A stretch of 64,000 nucleotides of DNA, taken from contig CP154954.1 in NCBI GenBank assembly GCA_039621445.1, forward strand, positions 39,765,816 through 39,829,815, given 5' to 3'. The DNA comes from Euglena gracilis. Lineage: Eukaryota. The position numbers and the translations under genes were made by a program. Position 1 is the stretch's first letter. Each line of letters opens with the position of its first letter. Shown one piece after another: positions 51,173-64,000 of the stretch. Below the pieces are notes generated by a model. It worked only from the letters and a program-made list of their open reading frames with translations. It had not been told where the DNA came from and did no database searches.

Positions 51173-52704
51173 CGCAACAACTAGCAAGCCACTACGGCCA
51201 TTGGAGCCACGGCCATTGGGGCCAACGTTATGCCAGTACACCAATACCTTGTTCAAGCTGGGCCAGGGCGGCCACAACAGCAAGGTGCGCCAGGACAGCC
51301 GCAACAGCAATGGCCATGGCGGCGGATGGAACAAAGGCCAGGATGGCCAACAATGCCAAGGCCAGCATGGCCAATTCCAGAAACAGATGCCCAGTGGCAG
51401 GGCCAGGACAGGTCCACAACACCCCCCCCAAACGTTGCTCCATATCAAACCCCATCAGGGGTGCAGGATAACCATCCATTGCACTGGATAACCCCCTTTG
51501 CTGCTCCGCTTGTTCCAGGTCCGTGGGATTTCCCTGTCCCCGCGTAGGATCGATTACCCAGCCCAGTTGAATTTCAATTCCCCGCGCGGCCTTTGTTTAA
51601 AATTGTTTCATTTTCTTTGGTTATAAAGACATTCTCCTTTTCGAGGTTGGTGTGGGGTGGGTCTTTTTGAGGTGCACCAAATCAGTTATAGAACACCTGT
51701 AGGTCTTGCTCAAAGCAGCAAAATGCTTTCAAAATGGTGGTAGTGCTTCAGATCGCCGATCGCGGGATTGAGTGAAGCATATTTCGATGCCGGCGAACGG
51801 GGGAACCTTCCTAGGCACACCGGCAGCAACGACTCCTGCTTCAAACTTCACTTCAGACCACAATACTTGAACAGATAATCAATTTCCACTTCCAATGAAA
51901 TCTTGACAAACTTGAATTGACTTTAAACTTGAACCAAAGTTGCAAATGGCGGTTGAATAACCAGAAACACAGTAGTGAAAGGGTAGAGACAGAGCCCTGT
52001 GGAAGACAGTGGTTAAAATGTGGTCAGGAGTTACATTTAAGTTACGAGGGGATTATCCTAATTGTTTCATCATTGAAACTGTAGGCCCCTGGTTGGGTCA
52101 AGTTCTCCTGGTTAGTTCTGTGGCACCTGGGTTAGCTTTTAAGGTTAGTGGCTACGGTTAGTTTACTTACCAGGGCACTCAGCACCCCTCATTCACACCA
52201 ATACCTTGTTCAAGCTGGGCCAGGGCGGCCACAACAGCAAGCTGCGCCAGGACGGCCACTACAGCAATGGCCATGGTGGCCGATGGAACAAAGGCTAGGA
52301 TGGCCAACAGTACCAAGGCCATGATGGCCAATTTCAGAAACAGATGCCCAGTGGCATGGCCAGGACAGGTCCATAACACCCCCCCAATCGTTGCTTCATC
52401 TCACACCCCATCAGGGGTACAGGATGTGCCCCCACTGGCCCCGCAAGATTTTCAATGGGCATGGCGCCCAACACCCAAAAGAAGCCAATGGGGAATATCA
52501 AAATTCCAAGAGTGGAGCCAACATCAATAGAGCTAGTGGGGCCTGATTTGTCATCAACAACATCGACAATTTCAAGGCCACTGGGGCCATCAGTAATCAC
52601 AAGGGGGAAACCCCAGAAGCTAAAAGGCTGTCCCCCCATCAGGGGGTTTCAATGTACTGTGGCAGACCCAGGAGGATGCCCCCAAAGGGGCAGTGGAGGA
52701 CAAG
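51168..52704 (-). repeat. Right arm of the inverted repeat (contains LTR B 51480-52197)
   Basis: Reverse complement of 47341-48876. Confidence 0.9.
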
Positions 52705-53044
52705 GTGGCAACTCTGTACCGGGCTCGATCCCAGCTATGACGGAAAACTGCAGAGAGTGGATCTGTTACAACCTGACGGCTGTGATTAGCACAGACTGAC
52801 GACCTTTGCAGGTCCTATTGGAATTACCAAAACGTATCACACGTGCTCGCATGATCTGTTTTCCTCACAGGTGGTATTCTATTTCTCATATTCTGGTTCT
52901 TTCCATGCAAGAGTAAAATCCTCAGAACAAACTGAACACGACTGTGAATGAAAAACCTTACACAGCGCCTTGTCTTGTGCTCTTCCTTAGCATAGGGGAA
53001 TTGGGGGAAAGGGTTTTGTTACTCAAAAGAAAAGCCCTGTGGAA

Positions 53045-53255
53045 GTGAGTGGTTAAAATTTGGTCCGAGGTTATATTTAAGTTAGGAGGGTATTATTCTA
53101 ATTTTTCATGATTGAAACTGTAGGCCCCTGGTTGGGTCAAGTCCCCTGGTTAGTTCTCTGGGGGCCTGGGTTAGCTTTTAAGGATGACGCATGAGGTTAG
53201 TGAACTTACCAGGGCACTCAGCACCCCTGACTCACACTACCCTTCCCAAGGAGTT
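53045..53255 (-). repeat. Start of an LTR B with an adjacent polypurine-tract-like flank
   Basis: Minus strand reads GGGAAGGGTAG|TGTGAGTCAGGGGTGCTGAGTG. Confidence 0.7.
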
Positions 53256-56200
53256 GGGTAAAAAGGCAAAAACCCAAAAATTCACACAAATAAGCACAGA
53301 AACAGGGACCAGAGAGGTTGTATCGGCTATTACCTAACAGAGCCTTCTCAGACCTGTATCTTTGCTTAAAGGTTGGCTAGGGGCCAGGAACAGTACTTTT
53401 ACCGTATTTCACGGCCCAGTACGGTCCTCACCACCAGTCAACCACAGAGTGTCTCTGTGTGGAATGTCTGTGTAGGATCGTTGCCTAAATCTGCTACCAA
53501 GTGTGCGTCCAAGGACTTCTCTTTGACCCCTTTCGCCCCAGAAAAGACTGTTTTGCTTTCTCCTGGTGCGCGCCTACTCAGGTGACTAAAAATCCTTCCA
53601 GTAACAAAAGCCCTTTTCCCCAATTCCCCTTTGCTAAGGCAGAGCACAAAGCAAGTCGCTGTGAAAGGATTTTCCTTCACAGTCCTGTTCAGGATGTTCA
53701 GAGGTTTATCCTCTAACTTCAAAACAATCAAAATGTGAGGAATAGAATACCTCCTGTGAGGAAAAGATATCACACAGGCACGTGTGATATGTGTCGCTAA
53801 ATCCCATAGGATCTGCCACGATCGGCAGGCTGTGCTAATCACAGCTGTCAGATTGTGACGGAGCCAGACTCTGCAGGTTTCCCACAGAGCTGGGATCGTG
53901 CCCGGTACACATTTTCCTCACCTAAGCAGGTGCGCACCAGGAAAAGGCAAAAAGACTTTTCCGGGGCAAAAGGGGTCAAAGGGATGTCTTTGGACGTACA
54001 CTGTAACCCACCCTCAACCTTCTCTGTCAATGCGCATGGCAGGGGCAAACCCAAACAAGGGGGTGACCCACAAAGGGGCCCCTATGGTACGTCAATCGAC
54101 AACACCAACGACAAAGTGGAGGATCAGAGAGCCTGTGGGCAGATCACGCAAAACCCCCCAGCCACCTTTAGAGAATGCTCCATCCCCAGTGGTACCAGGG
54201 GCTGTCCCCCCCGGTCCCTTGTTGTGTGGGGGGGGGATGGAAAGCGCCAGGCGCGACCACAACCCCCGCTTTTTTTACAAGGGGGTAGCTCCCTTTTGGG
54301 GGGTTCTGCCTTAGCCTACCAAGCGCTCACTCACCGGCCAGGGGCAAAATTTTACAAAAATCAAGCGAGGGTTGAGTCAGGGTCTTTCGGTTAAAACCGG
54401 GCTTGGGCAGGGCCAGTTTTTTTTTCCTTTTTTTAGGAGAGGGCAGGTGTTTGGTTCCTCCCATGGACTCCAAGATATGGAGGGGGGGTGGCAGGGGTCC
54501 AGCACCACCCACAACCAATACTTACTTGTTTTCATTATTTTTTGAGGGGGGGCAGTTGGCTGGGCCCCTGGTTTTTTTGTTTTTTTTTGCCTCGGTGACA
54601 CACCTCCCCGCCCCAGGTCCAGTTCCTGTACTGGGGGGGGGGGCAGGTCAGCGCCACCCACCTCAGCCAAAGGTCGTTTTCAATCCTTTTTTCAACGCTC
54701 CCAGGGGAAATATCCTGGTACTCCCAGCTCTGTCAGGCGTCGGGGGGGGGGGCGGCAGCAGGTTCACCTTTGCTCCACCCCCTCTCAAAAATTTCACAAA
54801 TGAAAGCAGAGAGCTGGGTTTTAGTTGAGCCCTCTACGCTGTCCAGGTGTGGCCAACCCAGGTTCTGGATTTTTCTGCAGGTCCGGGGCTGCCCCCCCCT
54901 TCTATGCCCTTCGTCGACGGGGGGGGTGGGGGCGGGCGCCAAGGGCAGCCCAAGGTCCCTGTTTTGGGGGGTCAGTTCGTTGGGCCACACTTCTTTTTCC
55001 TTTTTTGTCTTTTTTTTTGTTTTGGGTGCGGTAGCTGGACCCCCCCTCCCAGGACCCTTGTCGGGGGAAGCGGCAGACGCCAAGCGCCGCTCCCCCCTTT
55101 TTTGATAAAAATTCTCTGAACCGACTTTGGGCTGCCGGTGGGGGGAACCCAGGTCCTGCGGGGGGGGGGGTACCCTGGTTCACTGGGGGGGGGGGCACCC
55201 TGGGTTCGGTGTGGCGGGAGCACACAAACTGGTGGTCCAGTTTCGTGCAGAACAATGACAGAATTGCAGCAGGAGTTCCAAGCTTTCAGGTGGGCCACTG
55301 AGTTTGTGAAACAGAAAACCACGGAGGTGATTCAACGACTTCAAAACACCACGGAACTGCAGTTCACACGAATGGAACATCAGATGGTCACTCAGGGGAA
55401 CGGACAGACGGGTCGGCGTGGCGAAGAGAAGCTGGGTATGAAGAACTGTCCACACACCTGGCCACGATTACAGAAAACAGAGAGGGATGATGACGCATCA
55501 AAACAGGCTGTACCGGACACATTTTGAGAACCTGGCACAACAGATTTGGGACCTGAAAGGGATGGAATGGTCTACTGGACGAGAAAATAAACGGGTTTGA
55601 GGGTTTGCAGCAGGTGAAAGGGGGAAGCACACAGACCCAGGGGCAGCAACTCATTAAGTTACTCGGCCAGCAGAAACAAAATGCGCGAGTGCTACAAGAA
55701 CTGCAGATGCGGATGCAGAGGGTCGAACAGACAATGGCTGGGTTGGCTGAAGGTCAACGGGAGGTGAAATCACGGGGAGCAGAAACAGAACGTCAAGTTG
55801 GGACTTTGACAGGTAACTGTGAAGAGACGTTGAAAGAACTGAACCACAGACATAAGAACATTTTACCAAGGCAATGGAAAGCCGGAACGTAAGAGTGGAA
55901 CAGCTGTCCGAGGGACGACAACACGACCAAACATTGGAAAAGCAGATGACTAAACTTTCACCAGAAATGGCCATTTTGACCAGACGCTTGGACACACTGG
56001 CCTCAAAAGACGTAAACAAAAGAAGATTTCACTGCCTGAACCAGGAAACGACACGGCTGGGACACAAAGTGGAGGAATCAGCCCAAACCTTCAGAAGGGT
56101 GCTCGGAGAATTCCAAAAAGGGGTTTTCAAGAGTGGGTCACAGGAAGCCAGTGAGCAGGCCAGGTAGATTGACGTGCCATCCACACTGGGACAGACAGTA

Positions 56201-59200
56201 AACAAGGTCGGACGGTTGGAAGCACAGCTGAAAGTCCTGACTACACGAACAACACTGAAAGAAACGCAAGACTCTGGAATTTGGCAGCAGCAGTGTAGAT
56301 CGGTGCCTGCCGACTTCCACAGCCAGAACCAACTGTGGCAGACGAAATGGGAGGCCACCGAGAAAAGATGAAACGAACTGACTGAACTGACACAAATGAC
56401 AAAAGAAAGTTTTGAAAAATCTCAATTTTATTCTTTCTCAGCAGCCTGTAGCTCTCCCAGCGACCGGCGCCAACAGGGGGCGGGGAAAACCCCAGAAATC
56501 CCAGCCCCAGGGCCAGTGGGCCAGGTGTCCCGACGGACAACGGAACCACCAAACGGGAAGGGGCAAACCCAAGCACCCAAGCCAGCTGCCGCAGCAAGGC
56601 GTCAAACCCAGGCCCAGCCACAGCCATCACGGGGCAGGGGCTGGCATCTGGGCCCCAGCCGAAAGCTTGGGCAGAACTGATGGGGTTTGGGGGACCCCAG
56701 CCAGCGGCCACAGCCACACAGCCAGCAGTCCCGACCGTACAGCCAGTGACCCAAAAGGAGGTCTGCAGGCCCAAAAGCACCCTAACACAGCCCAGGGAAG
56801 GGACAAGAGGACCGCAAGGTCAGCTCAGGGTGGGGACCTGAGGACCACGAGAACCTGAGCCAGGTGTGGTTTTGGACCTCCCTGACCGAAAAACCCTAAT
56901 GGTGCATACGGTTCAAGAAGAATTTAAAACACTTTCAAGCCGACAGGACCCCCCCCCCGTGTCATATACCCATCCCCCCAAACCCCAGCCTGTGTTTGAA
57001 CTGCAGCCGACGCCCAATCATTTCACCCCCGACCGAAACCGACGGACCACATGCTGGAACACCATCAGCGACTGGAGAGGGAACTGTTGGAATTTAAAAA
57101 ATATGATGTAACAGCAGAGTAAGCAACTGGAAAACACAGGTCCCAGCGAGATCTCTCAGCCGCGAACTCGGGATCTGTTCACATGGGTGACAGACGAAAC
57201 CCAGGACCACAAAACACAGCAGGTCCCCAATTCGGCAGCACATACACACCCATTTTCATGTGGGAACAGAAACGGTTGTCGCCGCAGTGGCAGCACAGGG
57301 TGCCCCCTCCATTGGGCTGCTGATGGGACCAGTGGGTGCAGCCATGACAAAAGACCTGGTCAGACTGCTCCTCCAAGGAAATTTTGCAGATTTTTCTGTG
57401 AAATTCCCCATCTACCTGAAAAGATTGTCAGCTGGACAGGGGCCCCTCACAGATGACATGAAACTAACAATTTTGGAGGAAAGCCTTAACGAGACGGGCC
57501 TGCTGGAGCTCCAGCGAGACAAGTACGGGGAGAAAAAATCAGGTATCAGGAATTTTGAACTGGCTCTGCCAAAAGTACGAAGGGGACACCCAGCTGGCAA
57601 TAAAGGAGGAGCTAAAAAACCTGAGACCCAGGTGCGATGGAAATCTGACTCTAGGAAGGGAGTTTGAAGCACGCTTCAAACTGCTCTACAGTCGGTTGGA
57701 ACACCCCTCCGCAGACGATGCATACACATCGGTCGCTGAACGGATGCCTGAAATGATGCGCAAAAACTGCATTCGTGAACAAGACAGAAGGAATCAAGAC
57801 AGATCCACCCTGAAATTGAAGGGGCTGACGAGCGTACCTGGGGTCCCAGACGCAACAAGGGAAGACGTAGCAAGACTGGTGGCAGCCACACTGGTGGCTG
57901 ACGAAAGGTTCCTCGTGAAAGCCGACGGAACCAGTTTCGTCATCAGCCTGAACAGCAGCAGAGCATCCCAGCTGCTGATGATGAAAAACGGCACAGCCCT
58001 GGTCTCAGGACAGCAACCCAGGCTCTACAGGTACGTTGGCGCGGGGCTTTTCTGCACTGCAAGTATCATACAAGTTTGTGCAAGTTGGGGGATGGTCCAG
58101 TGTGTCTAGATAATTTCACCACATCAGACTTCTGGCCAATTCCAACTTTTCGGCCTTCAGGGGTCTTCTTCACAAACTTCCCCACACAGCACCCCAGAAG
58201 ACAAGACAGATACTTTGAATCCAGTTCAGAGTCCCACGCAAACTTGTACACTGTTTGCCAGCCTGCCTGTGAAAAATGTATTTCCCCAAAAACGTCTGTG
58301 AAGCAAGTCCTAATTTCTGCTGTCGCTTCTTACAAAAAAAATCTCAAATCTGGCCCGCGCTCTCGCCCTGTTGGACCAGGATGTCTTCGATCCGGGGGAG
58401 GGGGTGTGCGTCTGTCACCGTGGCCTCTTTCAGGGCCCTGAAATCCACCACCCCCCTCAACTTTCCCCCTTTCTTGGTCACCATGAACGTCTGGATATAC
58501 CAGTCACTTCTCCCATTCTCCACTTTTTTATCCCTGAAGCACTCGTCGACCATGTCCAGGAGTGACTGTCGGCGTTCTCCGGTCACGTGGATGGGTCTTT
58601 GTTTTTTTGCAACGGACCCAGGGTTGAGTTCTATTTTCCCGATGCCTAGTGGACCACGTTCAGGGGGGTTTGGGTAGACCTTGTCCCTCAACACCACTCC
58701 CTCGCAGTCTTTACGCAGCTTTGCTACCAAATCTGTCACCCTGTCTCCCTCCACAGTCTGCCCTTCAGGCACGGCTATCACCCCCTGGACCTCCTGTGGG
58801 TCTTTGCGTTTTCTGCTTGCCAGATGTTGGGCCAGATTTTCCATAACTGTTTCGACTTGAAACAAAATTTCTTCCGTTCCACCCGCTTCTGCAGGCACCT
58901 GCAGATTCATGGCCCGCACCTTGTTAGTTTTCTTGAAAATTTTTCTGTTGCACTGTTCCCGTTCTCTTAATCCTTCCAACTTGTCAGCAGGATCAATGGT
59001 TCCCTTATCAGGGCCAGGGAATGTAGGTGTGGAAGAAACCCCTAAGTGGTGTATCTCCATCCAGGGAAACCCCAAAATGGCATCCACCTGTATTGCCGCG
59101 TCGTGGAAGGTCACTGTGGTTGTCCATTCCCTGGGACGTGAGTTTCAGTGTCAGTGTCGTTTCTTGCAACCCTCCCCCATCCGTGTGCCGTCGGTAGTGA

Positions 59201-59205
59201 CAAGG

Positions 59206-60969
59206 TGTGAGTCCTGGCAATTGTAGTCACTCACAGTGGCACTCCCTAATTCAAAAAATTGAATCCTAATTTAAGTTCATTTCTTCTGTTTCTGTGTACC
59301 TGGCAACAAACGTGCACTGTTTACCTGGACTTACCTGGATGTCTTTAGACTTATATGGAAGTGCACTCTGATTGGAATTTTGTCTACAGCTGGTGAATTG
59401 AAGACAAGTTGCAAGTTGGAAACTGCTGAAAGCATGCAAAGAGCACCAGGGGTAGAACACATAAACAGTGCATCAGGTTGCGCCCGGTATCGACAGTCTG
59501 AGCCCGAGAAGAAGGACTATCTGAAAGTGCCCCTGTGCCCAAATGTGTGCAAGCCATCAGAGATTGCAACGTGAGATTGAAGATGCTGAATCACCTCTAT
59601 GTGATGTTGAAGCTTCCACCAGCTGTGAGTGATGAGATTCAGGTCTTTGGGGAAGAAGAGATGGAAGGAAGTCATGGTTTCCCTGCAGAAGTATGTAAGA
59701 CATTTGAAGATCATGTTGTCATCCTGCTGGTCGAAGCCAAGCCACAGTCAAGTCTTTTGCCAGTTGTGTGTTCAAGAGGTCACAGATGGTACTTTTATCC
59801 GCCGGTAGTCTCGACTATTTGAAGGAGATGGGTCCAGAAGTTTTTGGGAAGTTCTAATGGGACCGGAGGTCCAGATGAAGGAGGAGTTCATCACGCCAGA
59901 TCACTGTTATACGACTGCTGAGTTGGATTGCAAGGTCAGACAGACAAGTGGTTCAAGGAGGAGATGGCGAGAAAGGCAGCTGAAGCGTAAGTATGGTGCT
60001 TCTGGGCATGGAGCCCCCTCTGCGAGGGATGGCCAGCCTAGAAATGTCAGACAGTGTGCCTCTGCTGTGGATGGCACATCAGACATTTGATTCTGTGACT
60101 TGGACAGGGAGCCTCTTCTGGCGGGATGGCCCCTCCATACTTGTTCTCTGGTGTTGTTTGTGTGCCTCCAATGGGGATGGCCAGACAGCAATGGTATGTT
60201 ACCAGTGTGCCCCTCAAGGTTGGTGGCCCAGTTCTCCTTTTTCGGATTGGCGTTGGGGTCCGGTGACTTGTGTGCCCCCTTGTCATGAGGTGGCCCAGCC
60301 CCCCCTTAATCCGGCTGTCACCTGTGCGCCTCTCCTTTGTGAGATGGCCCAGTGACGAGAACATCGCCTGAAGCCTGGTTTTTAATTCTTTCCGACATCA
60401 CTGTGTGCCTCTGAGACTGATGGCCCGTGATGGCTTCGTGCTGTGCTTGACTTGCAAAATGTGATGATTTCAAAGACCTGGACTTGCCCAGCGGTGAAGA
60501 GCTTTTGGGTTTGCAGTTCGCCTTGGTGAAGAACCGTGGACATGGGGGTCGTGCTGTTCGACAATTGTTCGAATCGAAATTACGGATCGTCTGACATTTT
60601 GCTGTACGGCAGCCCTTGCTCCAATTTTTGGAGGGGCATTGCCAAGACCTGGTCCTAAAAAGAGAGTCGACAGAAAATTGCAGACAATATTTCCGAGGAG
60701 GGGAGTGTGAGTCACTGGTCCTGGCAATTGTAATTACTCACAGTGGCACTCCCTAATTCAAAAAAGTGAAGCCTAATTTCAGTTCATTTCTTCTGTTTCT
60801 GTGTAGCTGACAAAAAACATTCACTGTTTACCTGGGGTTACCTGGATGTCTTTGGACTTATCTGGAACTGCACTCTGATTGGTAATTTTGCCTACAGCTA
60901 GTCACGTCAAGACAAGTTGCAAGTTGGAAACTGCTGGAAGCATGCAAAGGGAACCAGGGGTAAAAAACA
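59206..60969 (+). mobile_element. Non-autonomous LTR element (TRIM/LARD-like) nested in the family B protease
   Basis: LTRs 59206-59461 and 60706-60969 are both TG..CA. PPT GAGGAGGGGAG at 60695-60705. TSD AAGG at 59202-59205 and 60970-60973. Confidence 0.9.
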
Positions 60970-61264
60970 AAGGGACAAGGTTTGGTTTGACAACGTGAAT
61001 GCTCCTAGGGGTAGAAGGTCTTTTCTGATCAGGTTGGTTTGGGCCCCTGTGTCCACGAGGGCCTTCAGGTCCACCGTTTCACCCTTCTGGCAGACCGCAC
61101 GAATGCCAATAAGAAGTTTCTTGAACTTCCCCCGTTTCACCACCTGTCCCAACAGTTGTTCCGATTCTGGCCCAAGCAACCGTTTTGCAGGTGAACGTTT
61201 TAATGGTACCTCAGTGGTATATTTGGCTGTGCCGCAGGCTCCCGTGTGTTTTTTTTATCTCCCC

Positions 61265-61860
61265 AACCAGCCGAATCTTGGATCAGTATTTCTGGAATTC
61301 GATACTTTTTGCTTCTGCAAATACTCGTTGTGTTAAAGATTTTCACCCAGTGACCCTTCTGCACTGGGATCAGGTTGGGACATGTTCTCCCGTCACACAG
61401 CTTTCCCTGCACCTGCAGAATATCTGGGCTGCCCCAGATTCGTATTGGCTTCTTGTACCTCCAGTCGGAGTTTTGACAATAGTTCACATCCACGAAGGGA
61501 TATGGTTTCGTGTACTCCCTGTGTCTGAGGGACCCGTGTCGTGTGATTTTACAGCCACCATTACTGTGGTGGCAGAAATTTCACGATCTCCAAGGCCTTT
61601 TTGGCCAATGCGTCCCCGTTCTCCAGCTGTCTTGATCTAGTTGTGAGTGCCAGGCCGAATTCCGTGCAGGGAACCCCACAGACCACCGTGTGGAATTCCC
61701 CAGGCTTAAGAACTTTTTTGTAGTCCCACGTCAGAACGTCCACCTGAAAATCTGCCTGCCATTTGGGGTCCAGGTCCACCGTCACCACCTGAAACCCCAT
61801 TTATTCATAAACCCGGCTGATTAACTTGGTGCCGCAGAAAAGGTCCAGCATTTTCAGTTT
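61265..61860 (-). pseudogene. C5-cytosine DNA methyltransferase, family B copy
   Basis: KMLDLFCGTK, VVCGVPCTEFG, NYCQ..YKKPIRIW, YRIPEILIQD. Contains stops. Confidence 0.88.
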
Positions 61861-62029
61861 TGGTTCTGCTGAACGGTCTGAAATGTTTGCTACCGGCAGG
61901 ACTGTGTTTCCCGGTGGCGGTCGACCACCACCCGCTTCCTCTGTCTCCAAAGGTGGGACGTGTTGCACTGTCCCGAAGCTGACCTTGGATGTTGGGTGAG
62001 GGGGGTCATGTGCTGGTTGAAGCCCGTCA

Positions 62030-62480
62030 GGTAGTCACAGCGTTCCGCGTGTTCACACAACAGTAGCACCTCCACTGGCCAGTGTGTTTCACTGCAACCC
62101 TTGTCATCTCTGCCAAAAAAATTGGTTTTTGAGGGAAAGTCATGGACATGAGAGCCAGTTTTTTGCCGGTGGGTGCTAAACTCGGTGTTTCCACTGGGGC
62201 ACCATTAAAACCGCCTGTGCCTGGTCTGCCTGGATTTTTTTTGATCTCGTCAGGGATCTTGTCGAACGGTGGGTTGATCCACAAGAGGCTGCCCTGCCAG
62301 CTTTTTTGGAAGGCATCTGTGCCGTGCGGGCTTTCTGGTCCCCAACGATGCGGGAACCCATTGTCCTGTTCTGTGGCGAAGGCATCCACCTGTGGTTGCA
62401 AACCGAAATGTGAGACGATTTTTTCCGCAAAAACGTCCTGCAGGTAGTACTGGTTGTTGATCCAACGGGACGCTGCCCGC
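62030..62480 (-). pseudogene. Dam-like amino-methyltransferase, family B copy
   Basis: QVDAFAT..DAFQKSW..LWINPPF..VLMVPQW. Frameshifted. Confidence 0.88.
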
Positions 62481-64000
62481 CCAAACCTGCAGCTAGCCTC
62501 CTCTCGTGGCACCTGAGTCCTTGTGTTTTGTCTTTGTCTGTTTTGTGCTCTCCGGTCTAAACCCCTGGATCCCTTACCTCCCTCCGTTCGCTGTTTCTGC
62601 TTGGTAAGGGCTGCTTTCTGTCCCTCGGTTCGGATTGTTTACTCAGAGAGTCGCCCCTCTCGGGCCCTTCCTCGATACCGCAGCCATTTCACTTCTGCCC
62701 CTGAGCAGCAACCTGCTGTCCAGTCTGTGGTACTGCGGTTTTCTGTGTCCACCACGGTGGCTGTGGACACTTCCGTTTGAAATGTCCTGGCTGTTCACAG
62801 TTGTAACACCGTCCTTCATCTGGAGGTGGTATGTATCTGGGCTGTCCGGCTGTCCCAGGGTTCTGTGTCGACTGCCAGGATGGTAGTCCTTTTCCTTAAT
62901 TTTCTTTCACACTCCCCTTCCCAGACCCTTTTCCCTTGCCTTGGTCAGGATACGAACCCTGTCCATTGCGTTTTCCTTTCCCCTGGCTGTGATCCACAGC
63001 GGTCTAGACTGCCCAATTTTGGCCCAGATTTGTTGGTGGTCTGGGTTTTGTGGAATTGGAACGGGAATGGTCGGTGGGGTCTTTTTTGCTTCTGGTTCGA
63101 GAGGAATCAGTTTCCTTCACCTCCCGCACATACCCCCTTTTGTCGCTGGATTCGGTGTTCTCGTGGCTGGTTCTGCCACCGCCCGTAGGCAAAGAGTGTA
63201 CAAGTTTGCGTGGGACTCTGAACTGGATTCAAAGTGTCTGTCTTGTCTTCTGGGGTGCTGTGTGGGGAATTTTGGGAAGAGGACCCCTGAAGGCTGAAAA
63301 GTTGGATTTGGCCAGAAATCTGATGTGGTGAAATTATCTGGACACACTAGACCATCCCCCAACTTGCAAGGCTCAACGGTCAATGTACAGTGTGTTGGAC
63401 CTAAAGGATGCTTTCCATCATGTACCCATGAGAAAGGAATCTCGACCCTGCACCTGCTGTAGTACACCAAGAGGAACAAAGCAGCGGAAAGTTGTGGTGA
63501 TGGGGATGAAAAACGGAGTCCCAATGTTCCAGAGGGTCCCTGAATACAGCCTGGAGGAGGTGGCAGAAACTGCCAACCCCTGCGTAGATGACATCATCCT
63601 AGGCACAGTTTGGCAGGGAACAGAAGAGGCAACAATTTTCCAACACGACAAGGACATCCGCAGAGTCATGAAGGCACTCAAGAAACAGCTGCTCGAAGCC
63701 GACATTAAAACATGTAAGTTTTTTGTTCATGAGGTGGAATTCTGCACACACATCCCCTTTTTCTCTAGTCCCCTTTTCACCTTGAGTTTTTCCATCAGGT
63801 CCGCTGCCAGTACGGCGTATCCTGGGATGTAGGAGGAGTAGTAGTTGTTGAATCCCAGGAATGCGCGGAGGGCTGTGATGGTTTTTGGTTCTTCCCACTT
63901 TTCAAGGGCCATCAGTTTTCCTGGGGTTGGTCTCCGTTGTCCTCCTGTGTTTTTTTGGGGAGAAGGAACACAAGGCGTTCCAGGCCATCCAGCACAAACT

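Larger units (their letters stand above)
55220..63945. mobile_element. Gypsy family B internal region, scrambled by inversion: Gag (+), Gag end-MTase-DNMT-PR-RT N-terminus (-), RT middle (+), RT C-terminus (-)
   Basis: All pieces are homologous to family A. Minus-strand RT stops at ILVQQGE (about 58360) and resumes on the plus strand at MYSVLDLKDAFH (63383). Confidence 0.85.

Noticed and set aside
54400-55200. ORFs in the homopolymer-rich region
   Set aside because: G/C/T runs with no motifs; the sequence is degenerate or low quality.
59860-60100. Chromodomain remnant in the interior of the nested element
   Set aside because: No convincing motif in any frame.

Overview
This window is a repeat-saturated stretch of a eukaryotic genome, probably from a protist (inference). 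It has no recognisable intact host gene, rRNA, tRNA or CRISPR array. It is a nested, partly scrambled mosaic of retroelements. (1) A near-full-length Ty3/Gypsy LTR retrotransposon, family A (5409-16037), has a 482-bp TG..CA LTR, a tRNA-iMet-type PBS, a long coiled-coil/Gag ORF1, protease, RT, RNase H, integrase and a chromodomain. Between Gag and protease it carries one ORF fusing a Dam-like amino-methyltransferase to a compact C5-cytosine methyltransferase. (2) A diverged sister family B has the same double-methyltransferase cassette, several LTR copies and a nested non-autonomous LTR element with a clean 4-bp TSD. (3) A third, CpG-rich gag-protease element has a Dam-like MTase after the protease. 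(4) Two families of DIRS1-like tyrosine-recombinase retrotransposons (RT-RH-MT-YR, ITRs plus ICR) are present. (5) There are CRE-like non-LTR fragments. (6) A ~1.5-kb inverted repeat encloses a very GC-rich, frameshifted unknown gene. Almost all coding regions carry stops or frameshifts. All calls come from motif reading by eye and no database search was run, so many coordinates are approximate.
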